Source: Tubiluchus corallicola
Taxonomy: Eukaryota; Animalia; Priapulida
Length of the DNA: 64,000 nucleotides
Assembly: GCA_030141605.1 (NCBI GenBank)
Contig: JAQGDQ010000072.1
Location: forward strand, 124,001-188,000
Reading direction: 5' to 3'
Numbering within the stretch: position 1 is the stretch's first letter; each line of letters opens with the position of its first letter. The notes under the pieces were generated by a model. It was not told the origin of the DNA and did not search any database. It worked only from the letters and a program-made list of their open reading frames with translations. Of this stretch, positions 23,948 to 36,620 are shown in pieces. The position numbers were made by a program, and so were the translations under genes.

Positions 23948-25804
23948 AGCACTTTTTGTAATTTCTTGCTGTTTTGTGCTTTGTTGAAGTAACTTTTCAT
24001 TTGCATGCGTTATGCACCGGTGTCAACTTTACAGTGTAGGTGTTATGCGAAAAGTTTTTCTGCAGTAGGAGTTATGCAAACTTTTGTGCTTTGACTCTTA
24101 ACTGAACTACAAACACTTGTACTTTTAGTTTTTGGCAGTAAAAAGAAAGTTTTCTTTGTTTTCTTGCGTGTTTCACGCTGGTTCGAGGACGAACCATTTT
24201 CTGTAAAGGCGGGCAAGTGTTACGAGGACGGAATGCCATTTATTTTCGACCATCTTTTAACACAAATTTTTTAAGCTTTATGTGAGCGGAGAGTTTTCGT
24301 GTGCTTTAAAGAAGTGAGAAGGTACATCAGCTGTTGGAAGAAAGTTTGCATTAAAATGGTGGATATGTAAATACTGTAACTATGTAAATACGTAAATCAC
24401 TTGTTGCAAATTTTAACAATAGGGACCGGCATTTGTTTTTTTACAGGTTGTTGACAATTTCTGTATCTTTGGAAAAATATAAGGATAAAATTTTCTACGA
24501 TTGCTTAAATGTAAGTATCTATAACATCAACTTGACAATTTTTAAGCTACCCACGATTTTCATGTTACAATATCGTGTTCAAAAATTCAGTACATTTTTT
24601 TGTTTCACCTGTATATATAAACCAACACACCACCGAACTTAGCATATAGTTTAGCCGCATGAACCCACAATGACAAACCACATCACACTGCACCACATCA
24701 ACCATCCCGCACCATCCACACCACATCACGCCACCTATTACAAAGCGTTGAAGAATAAGTACGTTAATGGGAAAAATCGTATCGTGGTCACTGATGTACA
24801 TATGTAATGAAGTAAGAAACGAGACCGCGCACATCAGAGCAGTTTATATATTATTTAAGGATTAATGAAAATTTAGTGAACCCTCAATACGTTTTTTATG
24901 TAGAAAATTACCAAAAACCTTGTCAAATTAAGGGTAGGCTCACATAGTTTGAAGGATGTGGTGTGAATATATAAATATTCTAATTAACGGTTTCGAAGAC
25001 TTTTTAGATTAGCCTTTTTAAATTTGTTGTATTACAGCCAATCAGATGACAGAAGTCAACTTTAGGTATTGTCACTTGGCATACCTGTGACCTACTTTGC
25101 CTGTTCATATCTACAAGTGTACGATCATCGTTTGTATTGTAAATTAATGCTAGAATCTACTATTTTTGCTACAAATTAGAAACGGTTAAGCGATTATTGG
25201 ATACAGGTCATATTTTGTCAAGCTGCTGTAATTTCCTATTTTCACCTGTTAATTATTTCTCTATTCTTACTTGAAACCACATTTTATACAGAATTAATTA
25301 ATATCGGGTTTATCGCATCAGGTAGTGACGAATGTCGAGAACTACGAAAGTATAGCAGACCAATTCTTGTTTCATTGTCATTGTAAATATCACAATTGTA
25401 AAAATGTAATATTCATCAATAATTATGCTCATATTTTAATTACTTGTTCTTGTTTTCGATATAAAAGTAAAAGTACATACATCTGTACAAATTAAAATTG
25501 CTACAAATTAAACTCAATTCCGTATTTGTTTGCGTCTAAAACGCGAAAGTAATTGAATTCAGGGCATTCAGTTGTCCCAATTTTCTATAATGCCTATTTT
25601 TACAAAATTCAAACTTTTTATTTAAAGCTAAAAACATTCAATTAAATCGTTAAAATCAGGTAAACTATTTTCGGAGAATAAAATCAACCATTCATCGTAA
25701 TAAAATTTAGTGTTTTTGGCATGACACCAATCCCGCTTCGGACTTGATATTATGTTTCGAGTGGTAAAATTAAGCGTTTTTTCTTTGAGATATTTTACGT
25801 GGGC

Positions 25805-26110
25805 GCTACTACTACCACTACCACTATCATTACCACTACCACTACCACCACCACTATTACTATATCATACCACACCCATCACACTACACCAATCACACCA
25901 TACCAAATCCACAAAACACCCACACCATACCAAACACACCACACCACACTACAACCTCTGCAACAACAATCCACGCTATGCCCACGGCCACGCTCTTAAG
26001 CACACCACACCACAAAAATTCAACCACATCATACGGTGATGATGATGACGACGGCGTTCGCGACGACGACGACGATGACACCTACAACACCGACATTAAC
26101 AACACAACAG
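25805..26110. repeat. Compound degenerate microsatellite (CTA/CCA, CACCA, GAC)
   Basis: Read directly. Similar CACCA tracts at 24620-24735, 26655-26750 and 33650-33695. Confidence 0.85.
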
Positions 26111-26620
26111 CTACGCGAAACCACTCAAAACATTAAATTTTGTACGCAGTTGAGACTGTGTGCTATGACAAATGCTATTGACCATCCACTAATGACCAAT
26201 AATTGTCGGACATTCTACATAGCTTTTTCTGCAGCTTCGCAGACTAACAACTAACTTGGCAACAGACTAACACATATAACTTTCGTGTTCAATCTATAAC
26301 ACAAAAGAACGGTAGGTGATGACAATGCCAGAAACAGCCGCGTGATTTCCAGGTCTCGGAAAACACCTATTGCCTACTACACTCACTGTTAAATGGGCTA
26401 TTCAGCCATTACTGATACTAATCCATATGTTCCTGTTCTCTATTAGTAAGAAGCACAAGTTTTGCGAAAAACGGTTTGTGTCCGTACCCCCGTGCCCCAA
26501 TTAAAAAAATACTATCAATGAGACGACACCAGATCAGGCCCTTTCGTTTGATACACAGATAGCAGAGAATGGTGCGTCGTTGGAGCTGTAACCTCGAATC
26601 TTATAAATAAGTAAATATTT
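26110..26620 (+). mobile_element. Microsatellite-associated MITE family copy
   Basis: Colinear with the reverse complement of 33720-34142. Confidence 0.55.
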
Positions 26621-26750
26621 ATATTATATTACGTTAAAATGACTATAACACGATCCACACCGCCCATGTCATTTCACACTACCCACACACACCACATCAC
26701 GCTGCCCACTTCACTACACGTCACACCCGCCACATCAACAACCAACACCA

Positions 26751-26861
26751 CATTAGATATATCATGATGAAAACACACAACACCTTTAACACCATTAGAT
26801 ATATCATGATGAAAACACACAACACCTTTAACACCATTAGATATATCATGATGAAAACACA
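26751..26861. repeat. 42-bp tandem repeat, about 2.6 identical copies
   Basis: Unit cattagatatatcatgatgaaaacacacaacacctttaacac. Confidence 0.95.
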
Positions 26862-27956
26862 GCAAGACAAACCATCCACCAAATGATCAATAATGCGCGT
26901 ACATCCTACACTCTTTGCTTACTGCTTCTTAGACCTAACCAGGCTAGCAAATGACAACTTATATGTAAAAAATAAAACAAATATAAAGACAACATTTATG
27001 TACCATTGTTCATTTTAACAGACAAACATTAGCATTAATAGCTATTTAGCAACTTATATTTACAACAAAACAGGTAAGAACGCAACACACAATTAACAAC
27101 GAATAACATGTAGGGTATATGCCCTGTAGTTGATAGCCGCTGATATCGAACTCAAATCCTGAAAAGGTGCTTCAACAAAGTTTTGAAGACGTCTTTTCTA
27201 AAAGTGGGTAACATAACCATTTCGTCAATTTGACCACACTGAATCCGAAAAAATTATTGCCAGATTGAAAAATTAGCGGAAAGGTTTAAAGATGCAAAAA
27301 TGACAGCCACATTTTTGCACAAACTAAATAAGACAAGAGAAATACCAGAAAATTAATATCAAGAAGCGATTGTTCCAGGGTAGTTGGACCTAAACAATCA
27401 ATTCGGTTACTTTAGTTTCTAAAATGGTAATCTGGTAAACGTTTTCAATATGGCCGAAATACAAAACAATTATAATATCATATCAGCGATTTCACCAAAA
27501 GACTTGTTATAAAAGAAAAAAATTAAATTATTTTTATCAATTCGACTTTTTTGAACCTAAAAAACTGCTAGATCCAAGAAAGGACGCAAAAAGACTAAAA
27601 CCGTGCAATAAGCAATAAGCAAAAAGCAAAACGGCCACCGGGTTCAGTATGCATAAGAGCGAACGCTTACAAGTTACGAAACTTTGCACAATGCTAGAGC
27701 CCGTCAAGCTGTGATATGGGGTCAATCGAAAATCCTCCAACATGGCCCCCAATTTCAAGATGATCGATAAAATGGCTGTTGCTAGCATATATACGCCATA
27801 TCTTAACCGTTAAAGTAAATAAGATAACGACTTTAGCGTATAAATGTGGTTTTCAAAATCAAGGAATCCACATTTGATTCGCAAAAACCCATAACATCAC
27901 CTTATTTAGAATTTCAAGATGTCTGCAGCGGCTTACAAGTGCAATTAATGTATTAA

Positions 27957-28578
27957 AGGGAAGGCCAAGCTTTTTGGGAAGTTAAACTTATTTCAGTATT
28001 TGCGAAAAATGTTAGGAGGATTTAGTATTAAAAGGTGTGATAAGCATCTCGTGTAATTAGTAAAATCATTTTAAATTCGCGATAATTTCAGTTTGGTCGC
28101 CCCACATTTTTGCACCAACGACGTCATTCACTGACTGAACAAATTTTTTTATTTTGTAATCTTCGTAAAGCGTATTACGAAGCACTTTATTTCGTATTTC
28201 GTAAAAAAGTGCGCTGTCAATTTCCGTCAAAAGTATAATAAATTTTTACAAAAATTAGGTAGTAATTATTACGGCATATTCGGACGCGTGCATAAATAAA
28301 TATAATGTACATATCTATACATATATAATATATACATACGTTATAGTTATGCGCGTGTGCATGCCACTATGTACATTATTTATATTATTAGGGGGATAAA
28401 CTGGAACGCACGAAACACAACTAACAAAATTGCTACTTACGTTTTCTCCTAAATAATATTTTAAAGGTAGTCTTTTCTTGCAGTTTATGCCCAGCTGTTT
28501 CAGTTTCAGAATATTTTCTAAATTTGGTCGCTGTAGAACGAAACTTATATGCGTAAGAACGTTGATCAATCCTTCCCT
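27957..28578. mobile_element. Kolobok-like MITE
   Basis: ttaa|agggaagg ... ccttccct|ttca: 8-bp TIR, with one mismatch in the right TTAA. Confidence 0.45.
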
Positions 28579-29703
28579 TTCACTTTGTGAGTCAACACAC
28601 CGCAGCAGATGACAGTTTTCACTAACGCATCACCAGATTTCTTGATGTGATTGGTTTTCCCAGTTGCGCGCGCATGCTCTCTAAATTGAATGAGATTCTG
28701 GTCACGCGCTACTCAAATTTTGTACTCATGAAATGACGCCTATTTCTGTAATAATCCTGCGATATCATGATTTTTGCAAAAAAGATACTTGTAATTCGGG
28801 ATTTTTCTGTGCATGAAGAATCCAAGACAAGACTTATCATGAAAAGCACGCAGTTTAAATAAAGGTTCATGACGTACCTACATCTCCAAACTAACTTTAG
28901 TCATTTCTTTTTGCAAGTATAACATGTCATTAATAATTAATATTTTAACGAAGCGAAATGCCATTTATTTTCACCACTTCTGCTCTGTAATGGCTCGATA
29001 CATTACGAAGCCATAGTACAAGGTACAAAAGCGTCCGCTGGTAATGGTTTCGTGGTCCAGTAGCAGTGCGGACAAGTGTGTTCACTTTCTCAGCATATGT
29101 TCCGTAATTCAGAATGGGAGATGTAGTGCTGGCAATTAATTTCTCCACGAACTCTAGCATTTCCTCTAGCACCGTCGCCGACAGTTTGACTTTACTTACT
29201 TGTTATTGGTGATATTTTGCGTACACATTTTTGTGACTTTTTCTGTCCCGTGTATAAGGTTCGATATTATTTTGTCCTCGCTGCCACAGTCGATTACCAA
29301 AAACAACATTTTATACATTATTTTGTCTTTTTTTCGGCTGGTTGGGCGGTCTGTAAAATTGAACGTGACGTCACGCACTGCGTGCATAGTGGGTGATCTT
29401 AGACATACGAGTAGTATTCAAATCAGATAAGAGAAACGTGCATTAATACATGTATGTGAATTGTAACTTTCTGTGACTGATTCACTGAATTTTTTTATGA
29501 ACAAACTGAGTGTTTTAAACTTTGCAGCCAGGCAATTTACCGAACAAATATTTTCACCAGATAGTTTCACCAGTAATTACAAACATTTTTTCTTGCCGGT
29601 GGGTGTCTTGTAATACAAAATCATGAAAATAATTACCCAGAATATTGTTCTGATAAAGCTGACTTCAACGTAATATCCCACAAAATGCAAGCAAAGTGAG
29701 ATA

Positions 29704-29728
29704 TAATAATAATAATAATAATAATATT

Positions 29729-29794
<66 letters not shown>
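29704..29794. repeat. (TAA)n microsatellite, probably the tail of the adjacent L2
   Basis: Read directly. Lies 3' of a minus-strand L2 end. Confidence 0.95.
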
Positions 29795-30325
29795 TAAAAA
29801 TGGACAAATGTATTTTACATACATAAAATATTAACCCATAAACAGCACATACACAATAGGCTGTTATAAATAAAACTAGAATCACAATGCATGTATATTA
29901 AAATCAGCCATAATTAAATCCGTAAGTCCATATTGAATTGCTAATTATAGGCCTCTTTATAAAAATAAGTTTTAAGAAAGGATTAGTCATTCTACGTGCA
30001 TAAATTGGCAAATAGTTCCAAAAACTATGAGAGTCATATGTGACTAGATTGCAACGCGGTACAATAAGTGTCGATGAATTAATTGATCTAAGATTACGAT
30101 TGGTCACGCGTGGCTTCAAAAAATCAGATATATAGGAGGGCGCTAAATCATTCAGAGCTTTGAATGTTAATAAGAGAATTTTTAATTTTATTCTGAAGAA
30201 ACGGGCAACTAGTACAATTGCATGAGAACAGGAGTTATGTGGTCATATTTCTGGGTGCCTGTAATAATTCGGGCCGCTGTGTTGTATAAATGTTGCAGTT
30301 TATCAATCTGATACTGAGGAATATA
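29795..30325 (-). pseudogene. L2-clade LINE 3' end
   Basis: KLQHLYNTAARIITGTQKYDHITPVL...KILLLTFKALNDLAPSYI...RNLRS...WNYLP. Confidence 0.85.
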
Positions 30326-31599
30326 GCATCCCTCCATTTGTACCAAATTGAATCGTCCATCTGATGCTAGACAAGCCAAAAAATCGTCTGTGTGTGCAGT
30401 ACTAGAATAGGGGTGTTTGTATGGACTTAGCTACGGTAATAATACCTACACAGAAAGTAAGAACTTTATGAAGTAGACTTAATTAAAGCACAAGAAAACC
30501 ATTTACTTATATAAAGCTTAAACATTTGTCTTGAAATTTAATGCCACTTACGTACTGCCTTTTTGCACACAGGGCTTGCGTCGGCAGTAACGATCTATAA
30601 AACTTGTAAATTTAAACTCTCGCGATGACTGTTAGACGTAGCCGTTTTGACGATAAGTCATTTGAAACAAGTTAAGGTAACACTGAGGAAAAGTTTGAAA
30701 AAATAATCAGAGCATTCGTAGTATACACGTTACTAACTAAGTAAAATTTTAAATTACTGTATATTATCAATAAGATTAAAAATAAGTTGTTTTTTGGTTA
30801 GTGAGTGATACACCTTGGAGCTGAGTAAACGACATTTTACCAATTAGTGAAAGCACATTAAATAATTGATAATTTGCTCTATTTGCACAAGTCTTTCGTA
30901 AGTGAAATGCTAAGTAACATAATTTTGCATGGAAAGTTTTTTGGGACATAGTTGAACATTTCCTTTTCTTCAACTGATTACGTTGTGCGTATATGACGCC
31001 ATGTAATGTATCGCACGGTGGGAACAGTATCGCGGGAGATTTAAAATGAAAACAAAAAATCCTTTAAAGCTATAAGTCATATGATTTTAAGGCGATTTTG
31101 CTGAAACCTACTTCAGGTACCCCTTTTCTTGTCATTTAAAAGTAACACTCCTTAATAAAGAAAAGTCTTTGATAAATGACAAACGAACTTAAACAAAATT
31201 CTTAAGACGCCTAAGTTTTAAGAATGCATAATTATGAAAAAGAATTTGCCTTGAACATTTCTTCTCCAGGACCTTATTTGCACATTCGAAAATTAAATGC
31301 TGCAAAGGTTTTCAAAAGCGTCTAAAAACTATGGAGCACTCTTTTAAAGAGTTAAAGTGCTGTTTCGAAGGCATTTCTAGCACAAGATATAGACCTACAA
31401 TATTCTGATAAAGTTCTCTTTGCTAAAAATCAAATATATCCACCAATTCTACTCTTTCTGCAGTGCAGCAGTTTTGTGCGTTGATTGAGCGCGAAATACT
31501 AAACCGACAATGCTGATGAATCGTGTGACAGCATCAACAAATCAGAAGTAGCGTTATTTCCAAGCGGCGAGTTTAGCGACTGTGTCACACATGGCAAGT

Positions 31600-32300
31600 T
31601 ATTGTACGATACAGATATATCACAAAATACGTTTTTGTAAAAGGTCTCTGCGCTCCTTTAATGGTTTTGAAATTAATTTGATACAATTTTTACAATTCCG
31701 CGCCATGTTAACAATTTCTTGCTCTTCTACGGGCAAAGTCAACTGGGAATTTGAAAAGTTTCCGACTATACAATAGCTTTAACTGCTATTCTGCAAACGA
31801 GGCATTTCAGTTGCTAAATTTTGGCCAACGTTCACAAAGAAATGATTAAAATTGTAGTTATATCTTCTGCATTTGTTGTTAATTTGTTATTTGTTTTGAA
31901 TTCATTGGGAAGACAGCTTTAACCAGATTGTTTATTTGTTGCAGTTTTTATAAAGCCACACACATTTTTCATGTAATTCGCATTTGTTTTAAATTTTTTT
32001 ACGCATAATGCTATTTTTTCAGCCTTCCTCAGTATTAGTCAGTAAATACCTCATCCTGCTTCTCTAGTGGTTGTTTTTGCGTTTGTCAACAGCTCTTTTG
32101 TTTTTAACTAATTTTCTGTACAGCTCGTTCATGTTGTAATAGAGGTTCCCAAACTTTCAATAAGCCATGGTTTATCATCCAGTTTGTGTTTAGGTTTCTG
32201 TATAATTTTAACAGGAACGCAACCATTGTACAACTGTACAAAATGTTCAATAAAAACGTTACACACTTCACCAATAATCAGTTATAATAATACTTTAAAT
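31600..32300 (-). pseudogene. LINE ORF2 linker fragment (CR1/L2 group)
   Basis: FIEHFVQLYNGCVPVK...KPWL...FNHFFVNVGQNLA. Confidence 0.7.
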
Positions 32301-32339
32301 GTAAATAAACTACGCACTGCAACATTAAAACCAATTTAA

Positions 32340-33140
32340 CTGAGACCTAATAAAAGCAAGGGAAACGTTGAACTATATTCTGATTGTATCATCAATGGTA
32401 CGGACTCTTGTGTGCACCTTGGGATGCTGTATTATTCATTAATGCATCATAGTACCTGTCCAGGTAACTTGTTCTCCAATCAATTATGCCTATTATAAAA
32501 GAAAACGCAGCAATATACATAGCAAGAAAAACTATTGCGTCATCGTCGTGCCTAGATAAATTTTAAATCTAGATTCAAACAAAATATTTCTACGACATGT
32601 GCATTGTGCACTTCCTGTTTGAAGGAGACTATCAATTGATACTCACTAGATGGTAGCCCAACTTATTGCCTTCTGTTCGATGTCTCTAAAGCATTTGACA
32701 TAGTGAACTTTTTCAAATTATTTGACTGCTTGCTAGAGAAAACTGTTCCTCCAACGGTTATCCGTTTATTTGTTAATATGTGCACGAAAAAGCATGTTTA
32801 TGCCCTGAATATTTAAATCTGATAGCGTATGGCAGGAGCTGTATTGTCACCTACCTTAGTTGGAATTATATTGACGACTTACTACAAGGGTTTTGTCTGT
32901 CTAACGTAGGTTGTAAAGTTGAAGGAACTTATAAGCCCCATATATTATGTTGTTGACTTGACGTTGTCACATCCTACTGTTAATGCTCTCTAATCAATGC
33001 TTCAAATCTATGAAAATTATCGCTCACGAATTTTTATTAATTTTAATAACAGCAGAGGTGATAAACAAAAGTAAATGTATATGGTTAAAAAAGAAATATG
33101 CTGCTGATAATCATTCCCCAGATATTTATCTTAATAATAC
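32340..33140 (+). pseudogene. Decayed LINE RT fragment
   Basis: FDVSKAFDIVNFFKLF motif and a degenerate QGAVLSP-like motif. Confidence 0.7.
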
Positions 33141-33610
33141 TAAATTGACATGGATGAGTACATCTAGGCCAGGTTCGTACTCCATTTGATGACCTTTTGG
33201 GTGCTGAGGGCAAAATAAGGGTCGAACAGACAAATGCCTTCCAATGTCAATACAAATGAAAGGTCCCAATGAGACAAATTGAATGGTACAAGTTATGCCG
33301 CAAATGGTTGACTTATTACACATGGGTGACGGGTTGAAAAGTTACGAGTTGCAATTTCATTGTCAAGTGTAGTTCGTATGTAATCAAGCACATCAATAAT
33401 ATAGATATTAGATGTTAGATTTATTGGCGATTTACAATCCATATAATTACAATTACAAGTTACACAAACAATGTAATACATTGCAATGAAGAAAAAACTA
33501 CACAAACAAAACCCGGCACATGGGGTATAATCGTCAACACAATACACAATAAAACACAATAATAGTAATAATGACAACGACAACGACAACAACAACAATA
33601 ATAATAATAA

Positions 33611-34142
33611 CTAGCCAAACCCTGCAAAAAGAATTTTGCGCATAAATGAACACAACCCACACCACACCACCTACACCATACCACCCACACCACATAACCT
33701 CTTCGTCCACTATTCACCATTCTCGACGATTTCTACGTCAAATGAAAGGTCCCCACCCATAGGTTCGCACGTGGGGGTTTATTTTTCGAATCGGGCCAAC
33801 TGGGGGGAGGAGCAAAAACCTCCAAAAAACGCTCGTTTTTCGTGAAAAATTGCAATGGTTGCTGGCAATGATTGAATTGCCCGTTCAACGGTGGGTGTTA
33901 TAGTATATTTAGATTTCGCAGGAGGGCCACTAATACCCACTACGGGCGTTTTCTCGGACCCAGCTATTCTAATGTGTTATAGATTGCAAGTAAGTTCTGT
34001 TAGCTTATTATCATCTGAGAAGCAGCAAAACAAAACTATGTTGAATGTCCGCGCATTATTGATTATTGGTAGATAGGTTTGAGAGCATTTGCTATAGCAC
34101 ACAATTTCGACTTTGTGCAAAATATTTTAAATGGTTTTGCTG
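33611..34142 (-). mobile_element. MITE with imperfect TIRs of about 30 bp and an internal (CACCA) microsatellite
   Basis: Left end ctagccaaaccctgcaaaaagaattttgcgca, right end (rc) cagcaaaaccatttaaaatattttgcaca. Homologous pieces at ~11240, ~26110, ~26865 and ~40670. Confidence 0.55.
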
Positions 34143-34859
34143 TGATATTAAAATCTCAAACTCCCTGTAGAAAGCGTTATCCATTAGATTATATCGTTTG
34201 AGCGGGTTTCACGAAAAATATTTCTACGTGATTTTAATTCTTCCGTATGATTAAAAGATGCACGATTTTTAAATCTAAACCAGCACCAGTCATCAGTTAT
34301 ACCTGAAATATTTAGTTTTAGTCAAGGTAAATTCCGTAACGTTAAGAACCATATCACATAGCTCAATTATTTCGCAAATTATTCGCTAATAATGACTATT
34401 ATTTGCAATACGTGAACGCACAATCAACAGTAGCGCATCTTGCAGTGTACGGAAGACTGTCTAATTACATATCAGTTTACCTCAAATTTGAAAGGTAGCA
34501 AATGACAGGAATCGCCTTTACTAAAATGGCTTTGGTTTTCTGCGTTGATTGCTAGAGAGCCGTCAGTGTGATATCATGTTACGAGAAATCAATCTTCCAC
34601 TCAGGATTTGATGAGAAAACCATATACGTACAGAGTATCTTTTTGCTGAACTTATACCACGCGTCACATGCCTTGTAAATTTGTTAGAGAATATAGTACT
34701 GTCAAACGTCGCAGCTGAACAGACAACAGATAGGTGCTGATAGTCAAATTTTCTACTTAGAATACAAATGTATTCACTAGTTTTAATGTGACCGAGAATC
34801 ATCATCGAATACGCGCATGCTACTGTACTAGTGTGATCACATAAGTTATCACTTTCCTG

Positions 34860-35600
34860 CCAGAGCACAATTTGCCAGTGTATCATTTCGCCAATGCATC
34901 ATCTCGCTAGTCATTCATTTCGCCAGTGTATCAATTGGCCAGTCTCTAATTTCGCCAGCTCGTCACTTCGCCAGCCTGTTATTTCGCCAGTCTGTTATTT
35001 GGCCAGCCTGTTATCTCACCGGTGCATCATTTTCAGGGTTGGGATCTGTTCAGTATTCACTTAACCGGTTAAGTGGTTAATTTTTCATCGGTTAACCGTT
35101 AACCGATTAACTGATTAATCAGATCTAGGCAACATCGGAGGCCCTCTGTAAGATGCCGACTAGATCATTGGAGAACCAGATAAGCAAGAAATTTACAACG
35201 CCAACATATAAAGTGAAACTTTAGAGAAATATTTTCAAATAAGAGAGAAATTTTTATACATAAAAACGTACAGAAAACTGAAGAACCGGCAATTGATTGG
35301 ATTCTGCGAGGCAGCCCTGACAGTGACAGACCATGTTAGAGGAATTTTAGAAGTCCACTGTGATAAAGATCGGTTTATCATATTATAAAAATTAACTGGT
35401 TAATTTTCTATAATCGGTTCATTTCGCTAGCAATTATTTAGACAGTGGTTCGCCATGTAAAAGTGGTACACCGCAACATTAAGTAGCGGCACAATTCGAC
35501 AGTGCATCATTTCTCCAGTGCATATGTATTAGAAATAATGCAATATGCATTTAAACAGTAGTACGCTTTCCCAGGTTCCTCATTTCACCAGTCTGTTAGT
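34860..35600 (-). repeat. 16-bp TTTCGCCA minisatellite split by an insertion
   Basis: About 10 units at 34860-35033, degenerate units resuming at 35420-35600. Confidence 0.85.
35034..35420. mobile_element. hAT-like element (CAGGGTTGGG start, TTAACCG subterminal repeats), right TIR missing
   Basis: ttaaccggttaa / ggttaaccgttaaccg clusters near both ends. Confidence 0.5.
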
Positions 35601-35699
35601 TTATCATGAAAACTGATTGAACATGTCTTCTTCAAAACATATTTCTGATTTTTATTCTAACTTTCAGTATGTGTCTTCTAGTGAGAAGTTTGTGTTTTC

Positions 35700-36620
35700 A
35701 AATTCGGCTCAAGACGTAAAAGTTATTGCTAGATTGGTCCAGAAATTCATTAAATGCAGACCTGACTGAATCTGATGACAGTGCTGCCACGGTTGTCAGG
35801 AAATCTATGCAAATTGCTAAACGCTCGGCAAAGTCCACAAACGTTTCTGAAATGCAGAAAAATGCGCCGTCCAGTGCTATCAGCTTTTAGACAACTTTTT
35901 AATTAAAGCAAAACTGCCATATAATGCTTTGGATGAAAACGATGGTTTTATTCCCGTTAAAGAGAAAATAAGCCGAAGAAAACAGCAAAAATAACTTGCT
36001 CCCAACGTAAATGAGCAAGACATTTTGGACTACGTGCAGTCACGTCATGACATCACTTTACAGTTACAAACTAGTTACAACATTTCCAGTTCTTTTGTTG
36101 TAGCATGTTTGGCCTAATGGTACACTCATATGACAGCTTCGTAACTCATTTACGCCCTTCGTAAAACAATCAGAGAAGCATTAATTTTTATTTAAAGCTG
36201 TCATGACAGATATTACTTAGGATACAATATCACAACAAAGTAATGTACTAAAACTTATATCCTTTAACTGTTGTTCTATTAGGAATTCTCGTAGTATGTA
36301 CACACTGCGTTCATTATGCAGCCAGAACAATGTTATCTGCATTTAGGAACACATGCTTCATTTACAGGAGCTAAGTTTCATAAACAATGTTCATGATCCT
36401 TTTATGATAAGGGCATAACCCCTGCAAGTCTCAGTAATGGATTACTGTCTGGCAGGCCCAAGAGTGGTTTCGCGTTCCTGTGGAGAAAGTCACTTAATTT
36501 TAACATTGATGGTAACGAATTTGGTGATCATAAATGTTTTTTTCTAATAATCATAATGATCGGCAGCTTGAGAAATAATTAATTATAAATGTATATTTAC
36601 TGTACGATTCGCCTGAAAAC
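35700..36620 (+). pseudogene. Decayed LINE 5' part: ORF1 C-terminus and APE N-terminus
   Basis: SSFVVAC..WPNGTLI, LKLISFNCCSIRNS, GLLSGRPKSGFAFLWRKS. Homologous to 58790-60300 (-). Confidence 0.65.

Noticed and set aside
26751-26861. 42-bp repeats as a CRISPR array or a 14-aa repeat protein
   Set aside because: Head-to-tail copies with no spacers. The ORF is a by-product of a repeat length divisible by three.
27290-27930. Clustered CAAGATGGC (YY1-like) motifs as a host enhancer
   Set aside because: Such motifs recur inside repeat-like DNA across the window (2598, 10444, 23220, 55244) and no linked gene is visible.
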